A DNA stretch of 64,000 nucleotides, from NCBI RefSeq assembly GCF_009914755.1, contig NC_060936.1; one strand, given 5' to 3'. The stretch is from the human T2T-CHM13v2.0 reference genome, Homo sapiens. The position numbers and the translations under genes were made by a program. This document shows positions 48,090-63,790 of this stretch, in pieces (position 1 is the stretch's first letter; each line of letters opens with the position of its first letter). The notes under the pieces are model-generated. The model was given only the letters and a program-made list of their open reading frames with translations, ran no database searches and was not told where the DNA came from.

Positions 48090-51000
48090 AATTCTGGTGC
48101 TTACAGCTCTATATGGTCCAGCTTAGTCCAGGAGTGGTCAGGAGACCACTTCAGGATTTTTCATTTGAAGCTCTGGTAAATAATAAAGAGGATACATTTA
48201 CTTGGCCTTTTCCTCTGTGCATTTTTCTCTCTCTCATGGACTTAGTGGGGGCACAAGTGGACATGGTAGGTGATTGCTCAAGACTTCTGGATGTTGGGTT
48301 TCACCTCTCTTTAAGTTACTTCTTGGCCAAAGATCTGAGAATACTCTTCTTTTTGCCAGAACAAAAGTTCATAGGTACTTTTAAGTAAGACAGTAAGGGA
48401 TCAGAACTCCATGAGTCATTAGTCAGTCAGGAGGCAATTTCCAAGAAGTTTGTTAATTCTCTCCCTAAAATACTATTAAGTAATAATCTACTGTTAACTA
48501 CTTTGGTTTCTTAGCCCTCTGGCTGGTGCAATCTTTTTTCTTGAACTGTTCTAAATAACTAAGAAAATTCTGAACACTCCTAATATCTCTGGCCCCTACC
48601 TTAAGAGAGATGAACAAAAAGGGTTCTATCAATGGTCAAGCTCCAGGAAAACATCTCGTAAAACTCACCAACAGTTAATGATTCCAGTGACTTTTAAATC
48701 TAACATAAAGAGAAGGAAAAAACAAAATTCATGATGAAAAATAATGTGTGCCACAAACCAGGGATTATGATGAACCAATTCTGTGTATTTAACATGTAAC
48801 TTAAAAAACTACTTTATGACTTTAAGAAAAAGGAAGGCCTTCAAATGTGTTGTCATTTAGAATGTGGCATTAGAGAACCCATGAAAAGAAAACATTGATA
48901 ATAGCATATTTGCTTAGTATCCCATAGAGTTGTAAGGACACTGGGAAGTCTCCTGCTTCTTCCCAGCAGTGGAATACTCAGTACCAGTGAATGTAGGGTA
49001 GCCAAGAAAGAATTGATGGGTAACTGATATTCTTGAACTTCAAACGGGATATTTCTTTAATGCTGACAAGGAGAAAGAGGATAACACAGTCCAGAGCTGA
49101 CTGTAATAGTTTTTCTAAATGCGACCAGCATGAAGAATGATGTTTTATAGGATAAAATAGAAGACATCTCGGCACTGGGTGATGCCATCTAATTGTAGAA
49201 TTCAAATTGCTTTAGAATCTTCAAAGCACCAAAACAAGGATGTATAACATATTCATAATATGTGTCTTCATAAGTCCTATACTTTCAAAATGAATCTGAG
49301 CCTTTGGAATAAGAGTGAAAATAACCACCTGAAATTTTTATAAAAATAAAGAATAATCATGAAGAGAGTTACTCACAAATGGGATTCATCTTGCTCTTTA
49401 TTCAAATGGAAAATTCTTCCTTTCACTGACACATTTGCCAAACCATTCCAGTTAATGTAGGAAACACCACTTTGTTTCTCCTGAATTGCTAAAACTATTG
49501 TACTCTAAAATCCTGTAGCTGAGGTTTAGCTGTACTCAATTTGCTTGTATAAAATATATAATACATCATTTTACATAAACGTTTAAATGCATTAATGCTT
49601 TTAACTCTTCTAAGTACAATTGCTTCCATAAGGAATTTTTCCATGAATTATTTAGTTCAGATTGTTTGAATAGCATTTTGAATTTCCTTTCCTCTTTAAT
49701 TTCAGAACTTACATGTTTTTGTGTCATTCACAAATCAAAGCTTCAAAATATTGACGTTTTGGGGTAAAGACATTTAAAGATATTTCTTCAAAATGTTTTG
49801 TTGGAAAGACATATATATGACTCATTGTATTACAATAATATGACTCACACTTTCCTAAGGAAACAAAATCACAAATTTTATAAGAGCTGTCCAATGGAAG
49901 CAAACTCAGGTTCAAAGAGATGAGAAGAAAAGAATAATTTTGCATTCAGCATACATGATCTGTTGCGGCAATTGTGAATCCCTTATTTCTGCCAGCTATG
50001 GCTCAGTAAAGAAATGGATGCTATTGTGAAAGTCATCCCCTGAAAATGAGATGAGAGTAAGTAAATGAGTAGAGTTGATACAAATTCAAGTCATTTTGCA
50101 AAGGATTTTACAATGATGGATTACAAGATGAATTCTCACAAGTTGGCAAGGTTTTCCAAAGTCTAGCTTTTATGAATATTGTTTGAACAAGTGTTGTAGA
50201 ATTCAGTCTATGCTCTGTGAAATAACATGATTTATTATTATTATTATTATTTTTACCAAGTTGGAATTATTTAGAATCACCAAATAACAGGATTCAAAAG
50301 TAAAACAGCTGAAAAATCCAACAGTCTGGTCTAACCTGGGATGCTCTGTCTCCTCACAGCCAACGCTCCATCAGGCGGCTTTGTCTGGCTGGCGGATTTA
50401 GTGTAGGGACTCTCATCTGCAAAGGTACAATGAAGCGTTTGGTTAATTTCCATCCAGTTTCTAATGCAGTGAAGATTTTTAACGGATTGCAATCCTTCTG
50501 CGAGAGAGAAGTGGTACAGTACAGTGGAAAGTGTCGGTAGGCCTGGGTCCTATACTTGGGTTAGCTGTGGGATAAATCTTTGAAAATGTTGTGAATATGT
50601 TTCTTCCCCTATAAAAGAGAGATAAAATTCTCATCTACTTCTTAGGGTTGTCAGGATCAAAAGCTATAGTGCTCGTGAAGATATTTATGAAACGGTAAGA
50701 AGTATGCAAATATAGTATACAAATTATTTGTCACCTACATTTATTGATAAATAAATACCAGTGAATAGGTGTAATGAAGACAAAGAAGAAATAAAATGGT
50801 TCAATGGGCACTAAGAATAATCAGGTAGAAAGAAGAACAAAGAAAGTAAAAAGGAAGGTAATATTTCAGATAAGCAGATGACAGAGAGTTAGTATTGCAA
50901 GGGAAATAAAGCCACTCAGAGTTAGTAGGTTCCTCCTGGGAGTGTGAACTGGCAGCCAGTGCAAAGCAGAGGGATAGAGATGTTCAGAGGGAAGACCAGA

Positions 51001-54000
51001 GGAGCTAGGTTGAGAATAGGGAAGGAACGATGGTTTGGCAAAAGAAGACATATATTGCAATGAGCTGGTTTGTGCTCTTTTAGAAAGAGATGAAAATAAC
51101 TTGCAGAATTATTAAAAGAGCAACTGAGAAGACAGAAGGTCTAAAGCTTAATGTATGTGTGAGAGTTAGGTAAGAAGCTGAATGACTAAAACAGCAGGTG
51201 ACAAGATCATGGAGACAATGGGTCCATCCAGCTCTAAGTAAGGTGATTTTTTTTTAACCTTGAAAAGGATTTTATCTGACTAGGAATAAAGGAGTAGTAA
51301 TCTAGGATGGCAAATATTAAGGTTAAAATTGAAAGGACAATTCTTCCTAATTGGGATGGTGGCATTTATAAAAAGTAAAAGAAATGTGAATAACACCCTT
51401 AAACATTTCAAGAATAAGATGCACATGGCTTGAGTAAATAGAATGTAAAATAATTATCTAGCATATTCAGTCAAGCTAGATAATCTAAATGTCACTGCTG
51501 GCCACGCTATAAGATGTATCGTTGTTGTTACCATTTTATAATAGCAGGAAATCGTTAAAGAATTTAAAGAAACCATACTGTGCATGACAAACTATTACAT
51601 ATAACAAGGATTTATTCAGAACAAGGCCTTATCATCTGAGAATATTAATTCTCCCAACTAAATAGCTTGTGTTTCAAAATTGAGGAACTCATTTCCTCTC
51701 TAGGATGAACTTCTGGTTTGAAATGATTCATGATTTCTTCATAAAATTAACAAGGTCTTTATACGCAATGACAAAAGGAAAAGATTAACACTGCTGTAAG
51801 TGGCAATTAACTTAAAAAATAGAAGTCACGCTGTTTCATGTTTATATTTAATTTGTCACACAATTTTTTATATTCTTCCAACCATAAAGATAAACTACCA
51901 ACTTTCAGATACCAATTCAATCAATATCGCTTTTGCTTTAGAAGTGGTATCTTAGGTCTTCGACTCTTCTCTTTGCAAACACCATTTTGAGTATAATTAA
52001 AATCCACAAAACAAAATACAAAATGTAAACATTACACTATAAAAGTCTCCCTTTGCCTCACCATTGTCACTTGAATATTTGAGCGCTTTTCTCACAGTGT
52101 TAATAAACAGGCAATATGCTTCATTTAGCACCTTTTAAAACAGACGTACTATGTATTAAAACCTGGGATTCTTTATAAGACTGCTTTAAAAATGTATTTC
52201 CTTTCATTGTCCAAAACCTTGAAACAGTGTGTTTATGAGCATAGAGCACTGAGCCAGAAAATAATCACAACAACCAGGCTTAGGTACGGCATCTTGGAAG
52301 CCTAAAAGATTTCCTCAGTTTTCTATTTGTCAAGATTCCAGCCAATTAAAGTCTTGAATTGAATCCAGTGTTGGATTTTTATAAAGGGCAATAAGAGATT
52401 TTCCCAGGAGACTCTGGGGTTATCTGCACTTGATGCTCTATTTTAAGGAGCTAGTTCTTTAGAAATGTACCCAGTTTGCATTTCAGAAGTAGTGAACCCT
52501 GGTAAAATGGTTTTCTCATTTATATTTGAAAACAACTTCCTTGATTTAGAACTGAGATAGTCTAGTTGAGCACATCCTTAAAAGGTTGAAACTGAATTAT
52601 AGATGACCACCTGGCCAGCCTCTCCATCACCACCCCCAACCTCCACTCCTGCTCCCAGTATCAAGAGTGAACTTACTGAGCACAGGCAAAAGTAAATAAT
52701 TATCTAGAAGCCAAATCTTGTATTGGTTAAAGGATCAGAATGAAAAAGTTCAGTGTTATCTAATGTTGTCCCAAGCAGTGTTATTGCTTTCACCCTCACT
52801 GCCAAAGCCAATCAGTGTAAAAGCAATAATTCCTAATGGAAGGGAGGCAGAGGCTTGGCAACATTGATCATCAGAGTTAAGGAGGGCATAGCAGCAGAGC
52901 AGCATGGCACAATGTAACACTTGGTTTTTAAGAGACTTTCCTTAAGAGTGTCTCTTTATTTTAAATACCTTAGAGGCACCATGGCCTTTTATAAAAAGCT
53001 ACCCATCACAGAATAAACACCAGCTCTCTTGACGTGATTTACTGAAAGTCAACTCTTGATTCAAACTTGTTTGAAAATAGAAATGGAGAAAACACACTGA
53101 ATGAATCCGTGGCTGATGGCTCCACAGTAGGATACTAAAGGACAAGAGTGTCCAGGGTGCATTTCAAACCCTTGAGCGTAAAGTCATGGAGAACTATGGA
53201 GGCTTCTATCTTCTCTTGCGTCTCTAAATGCAGCTTTATAGATATATCCCTAGAATTTCATGCTTATAAGGGATAATCTAGACCACTCTTTCATTATAAA
53301 TGGAACTAAGGCCCAGAAAGATAAATTTATAGAAGGGCACACATCTAAATTGAGTCTAGATGAAATTTCTTATGTTCTTAGTCCCATGTTCTTTCTTCTT
53401 TATCTTATTTCCTTTTAGATAGACAATAAGATTTCATAAGTCATTGGGTCCACATGTTGCTGTGTCACAGGAGTGAGTGAGTGGGCACACTGTACCAGCA
53501 GAGACCTTGTATGGTGTAAGTTAATTGCTACAGTGAAGCCTTTGAAAAGGAGCCTGAGCCACAGAGCCAATTATTTTCGTGTGTATATAAATCCCATTCT
53601 TCCCTCCTCCACATATTTGTTGCCTAAAGCAAACAACACTTACAAATGGTACTACAGAACTAATTTATGCTTTTCAGTTCATTTCCTTGAAGATAAAATT
53701 CAAAAGCAATGTCAATATAGCTCACTGATCCCCAGGATGAGCCTTAAAAGAGTCACTGAATTATAAGATCTATGTTAATAATTTTCCTTTGTTTCATTGG
53801 AGAGATACTAAATAGGCTTTCAAGTTACATCCAGATATATAAACGAACAAAAAAAAGGTCAAATGACAAGGAAAGAAATCAATCAGAACCATCCCTAGCA
53901 CATCGTAGGCATTCACTAAATGTTTGCTGATAAAATATGTGAATTAATTATATTCACTTTTTCAAACTAGAGCATTTATTGTAATCAAAGAACCTGAAGA

Positions 54001-56337
54001 AAGTGAAACATTTGTTATAAAGCTATATTCCCTCCTACTTCTGCTTTTCTTTTTCTAGGTTGATAGCCTATTCCTTTTAAAGTCACATTATCATCCAATA
54101 GCTATTAAGTATTGACTTAATGTGAAAAATCTGACTATAAAAATGGTATCTACATATATTTCCTTCCATTTTCATTCAGATTATAGAATGATTTATTGAC
54201 CAACCTTTAAAATAATGTCTTTAAACAAAAGAATTATGATTTTCATAGCAGACTCTCAGCCCAGACTTCGATGATCATATTAACAAGGGATTCTCACTAA
54301 AAGTCACTACGGGGCAAAGCAGACATTCAGCTAGTGAGCTACTGCTCGCTGAAATGAATGCTCCAAGCAATCATTAAGGGCATCTCAGGGTATCAGCACT
54401 GCCAGCCTTTTCTAACGACATCTTAGCAGCTAGGTAATCACCGTCACACATGATGGCCCTCCACAGGGGCTTACATGTTGGTCACAATAAGGAAGAACAT
54501 GGGTCCCTTTAGAGTGACATCTCATGAGGCTAGGGAAAAATGCCCTCCATTAACAGGGAGAATTGACATGGTGACAAAGGCACAGAAAGCATTAGTCAAG
54601 CATACACTTAAAGCAGAAGAAGAACAATAGGAGGGACCATCTGTCCCTCTCATTCCCCCCAATTTGGCCAGTCTCCTCATGTGCCAAACACTGGAGGGGC
54701 AAACACAGATCATTTGTTTTGATCACATGAAGCTGGTGTTTATAAACTTGGAAAGCAACCAGTGGGCACCTAAGGAGCAATGCTTCACTCTGCATCACAA
54801 ACTGCCTATGCTGGAGCTGGGAGAATCACATTGTGAGGAAGGGAGTCAGGTCTCCTCATGCTCTCAAATCCTCCAACGTTTGCTTGGTATCAAACAGCAT
54901 CCTTGTGTCATCAGGCTGGTTCCTGTTTCTCCATTTCCTGAGACTCTCATTTCTCACTCTGGGCTATGCAGAGGCACCCGATATGAATATGGTTTCAGGA
55001 ATCTCTAGCTGTGTTCAAAGCTTTGCTGAAGAAAGAAAATTTAATTTCCTTTGGCTGAGACTAATCGTCCTATGCTAAACAATTCCTAGCAACTAATTAT
55101 GCACAATTGAGGCACCTGCTAAGCCAGCAGACCCCCTTAACATCTTGATTAGGAAAAAATAAGGCATTTGGTGCAGTTAAACATTATGACCATTTCCCAG
55201 CAGAGAGGAGACAGGCAGGGCATGCCACAGTGTTCATGCATGTCCTTACAAACTTGAAAGAAAAGTCTGGTTTCCATTAATGAACAAAATAAAATCCGCT
55301 GTGGATGAAACAATCTGTCCCTTGAATTCAATTAAATGCCACACAATTTAGTACCTACTATGTGCAAACTAAGACTAAAAATACACAAAAGATAATGACA
55401 CCTTCAGTGGAGTGGTGATGGCAGAATCATTACTACCTACATTTGAGACTAGAACATGGTACTGGATTACCCGACGGGGTGAGTGAGCATGGGCTTAGGG
55501 TTAGGTGGAGGTGAAGCACAGGATGAGAAAGGGAGATCCACCATTAGGAATTTATCTATGGTTTTTTAATCAGAAAAGTCAAGAAACAAGCCATTTTAGG
55601 CTTTCAGATAACATGGTAGTTTTGTGTGGTGGGGAGCCATAATCTTTTCAGTAACTGGGTCCTGTGAACATTTTATCCCAGTCAGCATGAACATATCATG
55701 GTTGCTTCTCTCCCATAGACACCAGCCTTCCAGTTCCATTTGCTTCCCTGGTGGTTTGACAGCACACTTTGAAATTTAAGCAAGATTTCCTGAAGGATAA
55801 CTGTTAAGGCTTTTTGACAACAGAGCTTAATTATATCTTTCTCTTCTTGCTAAAATGATGTGTAACTACAATCACGGGGGCCCCGCATAATTTAAAGAAA
55901 TTAAATTGTTCATAATTCCTGATCCAAATAACCCTATTTTTCTAGGGCCAAGCAAAAAGTGCATTCATGATCTCTCCTAGAGTCAGAAGGCTGCCAAGTC
56001 CTACACAGGCTTTGGCTCTACAGCTTTGGTATGTGGAGGCTGCAACATTTCATTTCCTTCCCTAATCTGATGGAGTGGTCCATACAGCTAAGTTTACACC
56101 AGAAGATTAGGGAATGATCTGAGCTTGATGGCAAGAAGCAGAGGCAGTGTGCTTCCCTGTGATAGTCTCTTTCCTATGAAAAGATGACTTCCCCCTTCTA
56201 CCTTCCCTCCTCCCTTTTGTTATTTGTTTTGCATCTGCATGGCATTAATGTCTATCCTTGACTCTGCAGGTTTCCTCATTGTTTCATAATTCAGACACAA
56301 ATGTGCTCTATATTCCTAAAGGGACCAGATCTTTTGC

Positions 56338-56648
56338 TTTTTTTTTTTTTTTTTTTTTTTTTTTTGAGATAGGGTCTCACTCTGTCACCCTGCCTGGAAT
56401 GCAGTGATATGATCGTGGCTCACTGCAGCCTCAAACTCCTGAGCTCAAGTGCTCCTCCCACCTCAGCCTCTGAGCAGCTGGGATTGCAGGTGCATGCCAC
56501 CAAGCCTGACTTTTTTAAAATTATTTTTTATAGAGGCTAGGTCTCACTATGTTGCCCAGGCTGGTCTCAAAAACTCCTGGCCTCAAGTGATCCTCCCACC
56601 TCAGTCTTCCATAATGCTGGATTATAGGCATGAACCACCACATCTGGC
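56338..56648 (-). mobile_element. AluJ-type SINE
   Basis: Long poly(T) followed by gagatagggtctcactctgtcacc...ggattataggcatgaaccacc. Confidence 0.95.
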
Positions 56649-56884
56649 TTTCTTTTACTTTTGAACTTTGGAAAAAAAAAAACACCCAAACAGAGCACAA
56701 TTTCATTTTAAGAACAAATATAGAGTGGTTTCTTCACAATGATAGAATGTCTTCTAATTAACCATAATCTGATAAACACTTCAGGGATTAAATATTGAAG
56801 CTAAAAAGAATGGCAACAATATAGCTCACATTGTTTTAGGCCTGTGTTATAAGATCATTTCTTCCCCTACTGCTCTATTATCTA

Positions 56885-57048
56885 ACTCTTGCTTCTCAAA
56901 ATGTGGACCATGGATGAGCAGCAGGAGCATACCTGGGAACTGTCAAAAATGCAGAATCTCAGCCTCCACCCCAACCCAGGGAATCAGAGTCTGCATTTAG
57001 CAAAATCTCCAGGTTATTTGTATGCACGTTCATGTTTGGAAAGCCCTG
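56885..57048. mobile_element. MER5A
   Basis: gcttctcaaaatgtggacc...aaatgcagaatctcag...gaatcagagtctgcattt...caggttatttgtatgcacg...tttggaaagccctg. Confidence 0.85.
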
Positions 57049-58117
57049 CTCCAACTGATACGACCAACAGCAACTGCACAGGTAGTGAGGATACACCTGT
57101 TCCAATGTCTCACTTGGTTGCATCAGAGGCAGCCTACAAAGCAGCTGGCAGAATGCCAGTCATATCAGCAAATTCCAAGAGTATCCCCAGGCCTGCAATG
57201 ATCAAATTGCTCATGGAATGGTTTCTTCAAATGGAAAGGAAACTGTTGTAATGGTATGGTTTTGAGTGAATTCAATCTTCCCTTGATCCATTTTAAACCT
57301 CTCAACAATCCTGAAATGGCTGAATTATAGGAGTAACTAGATCTATCTAAGGTCAGATTCACTGGAGCAAGTGACTGATTGTAATAATAATCTATTAGTC
57401 AATTTACATTTTAAGGTGGAGAGAGGAAATGGTATTGAATTACTACCCCTTAGCTAGTAAAGGTCAAATGAAAATAAAAAGTTATATTCTGCCTCATGGC
57501 AGGGACATGAGGGAAGAATCTTCCATGGCACTGTCTCCTTAAATTCTTCCTCCTCAGATACAAATTTGCTTCCTTGCATCTGCACAGTTCTCCTGCAACC
57601 AGGAAGGGCTCCAGCACAGAACCCAGCCTCTGATCTGCACACAGGGACAAACAGAACTGCGATGGCCCCGGAGCATCTGGACAACCTTGTGGAAGTGGTC
57701 TGTGCTAGCTAGTCTGCTCAGTGATGCCTGCAGGCCTTTTGGGAAAGTAATATCTTTAGCCAGGTTAATTTGTAAATCCTCTCTGAAATTAATGAGCATG
57801 AAATTGCACATTTTCTGCCTCTGGCATTCCTATTCCTAATGTGTCTGAATCACAAATGATAACTCCTATGCTTCTTCCTAATATTGTTTCCAGCAAGGAC
57901 AGCTGAACCAGTCTGTTAATGGCAGTCACAGACCTGCCTCATCACCGAAGAATCAAAATTTGTCAAGGGCTGGAATGTATTCCATAAAGTTCATTTTCAT
58001 GACCATATCAGATCCCAATTAAAAACATTAAAATCTTAAATTCAGTATATCTTTCACATTTTTTCTTTGTGAGAGGGCTATGTGCTTTAAAGCTTTGGTT
58101 TAGCCATCAGATTATGC

Positions 58118-58279
58118 CAGCTGACATTTTCAGTCTCTCATAGGTTCAATAAATGCTTAGCTTTAGAATGACAATTTGGTGCAAAATTTGGATTGCCTCA
58201 GCTGACATTTTCAGTCTCTCATAGGTTCAATAAGTGACTAGCTTTAGAATGACAATTTGGTGCAAAATTTGGATTACCT
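58118..58279. repeat. Tandem duplication, 2 x 81 bp
   Basis: cagctgacatttt...ggattgcct is repeated with 4 mismatches. Confidence 0.97.
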
Positions 58280-60481
58280 CAGAGTAATGAGTACTGGCTA
58301 TTTAAAATCACATTTTAAATTCTTGTTTAAAAAGCACACTATTCTTCAGGAAAAAGTATGTATTAACAGGTATAAACTTGCTAGAACATATCCGAGTATT
58401 CCTGGAGGGATAAGAACCAGTGTTTGATTTCATGTAATGGCAACTGAGTGGTAGGATTAATAGAAATCAATAATACATTTGGAGTAATTAAGGTTTCTCC
58501 ATTTTTTTTTAACTAATGAATATGAAATTCAGAAGTCACTTATATATATATATACATATATATATATTCACAATTTGGACTGCAGTAAATTTAGGGGAAA
58601 ATTTAAAATAGTACATAGGTTTTCCTTAGATAATTCAAGAAAGAATGTTTAAAATGTTCTCATGGAAAAGACTGAAAGTGATTTTTAAACAAATAAGAAT
58701 GATTAGTTTCAAAACTGAATCATTTAAACAATTATATCTCTTGACTACTTAAATTGCTTCTTTTTTTGCCCCTTGTTTGGAACGTTTTTGGATTTCTAAT
58801 GTAAACCGTAGAGAAAAAGAGGGAGCTTTCTGTTAAATCAGGGCTCTCAAGAGTCCTTCTTTTACATGACATTACTGCAAAGGTTTCCATATTTAGAAAT
58901 TTTCAGTATGATAGCTGCTAGAATGAAGTCAAGACTGATGGGAAAACAAGCAGCAGCAAAATGCAATCAGGATGACTTCATTTGAAGAGGTCTAAATCTT
59001 GTGCCAGTGTGTGAATGAGCACTGATGTCTAGGAAAATGATCCACATATATCTGTGGGGCGGAGCATTCCTGTGTATGTTTGATTATTGAGAAATTAGCC
59101 TTTAATGCTCTCACCTGTTGCTCTGACAATCGGTGACAGGATAAAACTTTATAACTTCGGTAACTTTAAAACCTGGTTCAGTGGCTCACTATGATCTTTC
59201 CTTCTTTTTTTCTGTTAATCAAGTGTAGTGTAAATTGATACATGTCAACTGCAGGCAAATTATATAAATAATTGATCAGATAGTCACCACTGCTGAGAAA
59301 TTTCTAAATAAAATGGAAATAAAAGTATTATCACCACTGTTTAGACTCAGTTTCCAATACACAAAATGAAAATGCCTCTATATCTAGCATCCTGGAATAA
59401 CAAGGGGACAATGTATAGTATATATTTATAACCTTGAGTAACATTTTGGAGCTAAGAGCACAGATGATTCTTCCCAGGGTCATTGATTTGACTGAGGAAC
59501 AAGGGCTATGTGTGATTGCCTAGATGTGTGAAAATCACTGTGCAACTCTCAACTCCCTCTCTCGTGTCTTAAGTGTGTAACGGCCTTAGAAACAATGGTC
59601 CAAAGGATGTTCCCAATAAGCCAAGGGAAACCAAGATTTTTCCAGGCATCAATTTTCATTAATTTTTAAAACAGTGAAATAGGTGATGGGACTTTGTGGT
59701 AATGGAGAAAATGGATTAAGTCAGAACTTATCAGAGTGCAAAGTCGATGGCAGGAAAAGTAAACCTCAGGTTGATGTCCCTGGTTGTATGTAAGGGGTAT
59801 AAGTTACACGAAGAAAAATGAGAGTTTAATTATAATCATATATTTTTAGATGCCTCTTTCATTAAACAGCAATCCCACTGGTTTCCTCTATAAGTAATCT
59901 AAATAATTTCTTAGAGATCTGTTATTTCATTCTGAGTTCAGTTTGAGTGTACTTCAGTCAACCAGAAGCCTTTTTAATGTAAATGATACTAATAACTTTA
60001 TAAATAATTAGAGCTAATACTTACAGAGCATTCATGAGATGCCAACATGAGTCTAAATCCTTTATATGTATAATCTTATCTCTTCTCACAATAACTCAAT
60101 AAAATGTAAAATAACAAAACAGATAATTCCATTTTACAAAAGGAGTAGTGGTTTTAAGAAAGAATTTGTCCTCATCTAAATAGGTTGCATGGCAAATCTG
60201 AAATGGAACTGCTATTATATTAAAGCCTAGGGCAGGGCAGGCATATTACATGCCTAGCACTCTGCTTGGTACCTCACATACATTATCAGTACTCACAACA
60301 ATGTAATTGCACAGGTACAATTACATAACTTGAAGTATGGGGATACAGAGGCTTATAGAGATGAAATTATGTGCCTAAATTTACCCTGGAAGCAACAAGC
60401 AAAAATGAAGCTTTAACATACGTATCTCTCTTAGCCACCACGATACACTGTTTACCAAAATTTGATTCACATCCTTACTTG

Positions 60482-60514
<33 letters not shown>

Positions 60515-60546
60515 TGTGTGTGTGTGTGCACGCGCACATGTGTGTA
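60482..60546. repeat. (GA)n(GT)n compound microsatellite
   Basis: Seen directly in the sequence. Confidence 0.95.
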
Positions 60547-61782
60547 TAAAGAAAGGCACTCCTTCACATAGTAGCCACTACTGTGTATATTCTGCATGAC
60601 TAAATGTCACTGATATAGGGACTTGGGGCTGCATTTGAAGATCTTCTGAAATTGCAGTTTAGAAAAGAATATATCACCTCACCCAATTTTTAGACATCAC
60701 TTCTTCATCATGAATTCTTGGTTTAATTTATGATATAAGATGCAAGATTCTTTCCAGCACATAAACAAATCACTTGAATGAATGCATTTTAGCCAAGAAG
60801 CTCCAAGCATTTTAGAAGATGAAATCTGGCTGAATTTATTTCTCTAACTCCCACTCTGAGCCAACCATTCTCTACAGATAGAGGATTTATGAACTTGTTC
60901 CTATAAATGGTTTATCATTTTAAAATGAATAAATACTGGGACACTCTCTTTTCTCCTTTAGTATTCTAGACAACAAGTTCATGGCCTTCTGCTTACAATA
61001 TTTCAAACCTTTTATGAGTGTTCATGTAGCCAGAGTGGGGAATAAATCTTGGACCAGGCCACATCTAGCAACACAATGAAGAAAATGGTGGTATGACTTG
61101 TGTAGCTGGCAAGGAGATCGCTGAGTCTGCCTTTCCTTACCCTCTGGCTCTCCAGGCTCATCTCTACAAAGAGCCAAGCTCCATGGCAGAGGTGCTGCCA
61201 CCTCAATTCTCAGACTCAGGAGTAGCTCATGCAGCAGAGTCACTGGGTAGACAGGCATGAATTTTTTGCTAGACTTAAGAATTTTCTGAGGAACTTTTGA
61301 AACCAAGGTGATTAACCCACTAGCCATTATTTCCAAGACTGTCATCCCTCCTGGCCTTGGATCATTTCAGGACCTATCTCAGAACTCACTTTTTTATAGA
61401 CTTTAGTTTTGAAAATTCCCAAATTTAAGCTCAAGTCCTAAGAGCAGGCCAGTGTCATTATACACCATCTTAGAACCAACACCTTCTTGTCTCATGTGGG
61501 CAGCAGGTGGGGAGGGAGGCAGGGGCAGAAATCACATTTGGATGCCTTGGGAATAACATATTTCATACACATGACTTGAATTGTCACATATTTTGCTTTA
61601 TTAATTCATTGCTGGATCAGGCAATAGCAGATGACTGCTTATCAAACAGATGACATGTGTTTTTAATGCACAATTAAAGTAGGATTTATCACGGCTGTCA
61701 GAATCCAGGGAGTCTGTGCTTTTTGTTATTCAAAGCTGTAGTTTGGATACTCTCTGGTTTTACAGTGAGATAGTGATTATAA

Positions 61783-62120
<338 letters not shown>

Positions 62121-63689
62121 CAGACATAGTTTTTGTATGGACAACATCAACACCATTTTCAACTCACTAGAGTTTTACTGTACTGCATAGCTCTACCACT
62201 TACTAGCTGTGTGACCTCGGACAGGTTCAGTTTCGTCACCTATAAAATGGAAATAGTAACGACCACATAGGATTGCTGTGAGGATTGAACAAAGCAGTGT
62301 AAATAAAGTACCCAGAGTGGTCTGAGTTCAAGAAGTGGTGGCTCTATTCCTTTATCTGGAATAGATGAGGAAGCTGAGTGATAGACAAGGACCAGTAGGA
62401 ATCCCACAGTAACATGAAACAAATTATTATTATTATTATTATTATTATATTATATATATATTTTTTTACAGCACTTATAATCCTACCTTAAAATCATCAA
62501 CCTGCTTATTGCTATGCTGTGAACTCCTTTGAGTAGGGGATTTACTTTTACAATCATGGGTATTATTACCTCAAATTTCACAGATACTAAAACTGAATCT
62601 CTGTAAAACTGAATCTCAGTTACAAATCTGTCTAAGGCTATCAAAAGCTAATAAGAATCAGAGACAGGATTCTAACTTAGGTCTGCCTGAAACAAAAGAC
62701 CATCCTTTTCCCAATGTCGCCACACTGCTTCAATAGAGGGGGTTTGCACAACACACAATCATTAGTGGAAAGGAGAGAAAACTGGGACCTGACCATTATA
62801 AACTAATCTTCATGCAACTCAAACCTATACCTAACTTTCTACCACAATAATGATGCAGACACTTGACATACTTTTGGTTTTTTATTTAAGCTATGGGCTA
62901 TCATACCTGAGTTTTTATGAAGAAATTCATTGACATTAAATGGTCTATTATGACTCAATTTGTCAATGGAAAATAAAAATTAAAACCCCCAGATGCTTAG
63001 ATTTAATAGTCCAAAGATGACCAAATTATCTTCATTTGCTTCTAAGACAAATTATTCAGACATATAATTTCCTCACAAATTACTTGCTTGTCTAACTCTC
63101 CTTGGGTTATGTCTACCTCATCAACTTCACTACTTTCTTCCATAAATCTTGCCTGAACAAAGATTCAATTTGGATAAACAAAGAAAATGCAATTCAATTC
63201 CACAAAATGTGATTGTTTAATTTTGAACTGATTTTGGAGCATTATACTCAGGACTCTTCCAATTTTGCAGTAAATGAGTTACTGACATTTACAAACATCT
63301 AGAATAAAAGAAACCATTCCTTCCATCACTGTTTGTCAATTTTATTGTTGAATCTGCTTTGGGACACTTCAATCATGAAAGTAATCATGTAAAACTATAT
63401 TGAATTCTATTAGTAATAATACCTTAGAGGAGGTTCATTTATGATAACTGAAATTTTCTCTGACTCAGTCTCATCAGCCATGTATTTTGCCTTAAGGTAT
63501 TTTAAAAATCAAGAAGTCAAAGCTTTAGAAGTGTACTCCTAAGGCCTTAACTGAACCCCATTATATTTTGAAACATAATTTTTATGAAATACAATATTGA
63601 TACGCAAATCAGTCAGAATTTTTGTGTAAACATTGTTTAAAGTTTCTATATCAGTTGAATATCAATGCCTTATGAGAAAATCAGGAAGG

Positions 63690-63790
63690 AATATATACAT
63701 ATATATACACACACGCATATATATATATAAACACATACACATATATACAGATACATAGATACACACATACACTTATATTCATATATATTT
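63690..63790. repeat. (TA)/(CA) low-complexity repeat
   Basis: Seen directly in the sequence. Confidence 0.85.

Noticed and set aside
62588-62617. Small 16-20-bp tandem duplications here and at ~8445 and ~9450
   Set aside because: Ordinary slippage products with no further structure.
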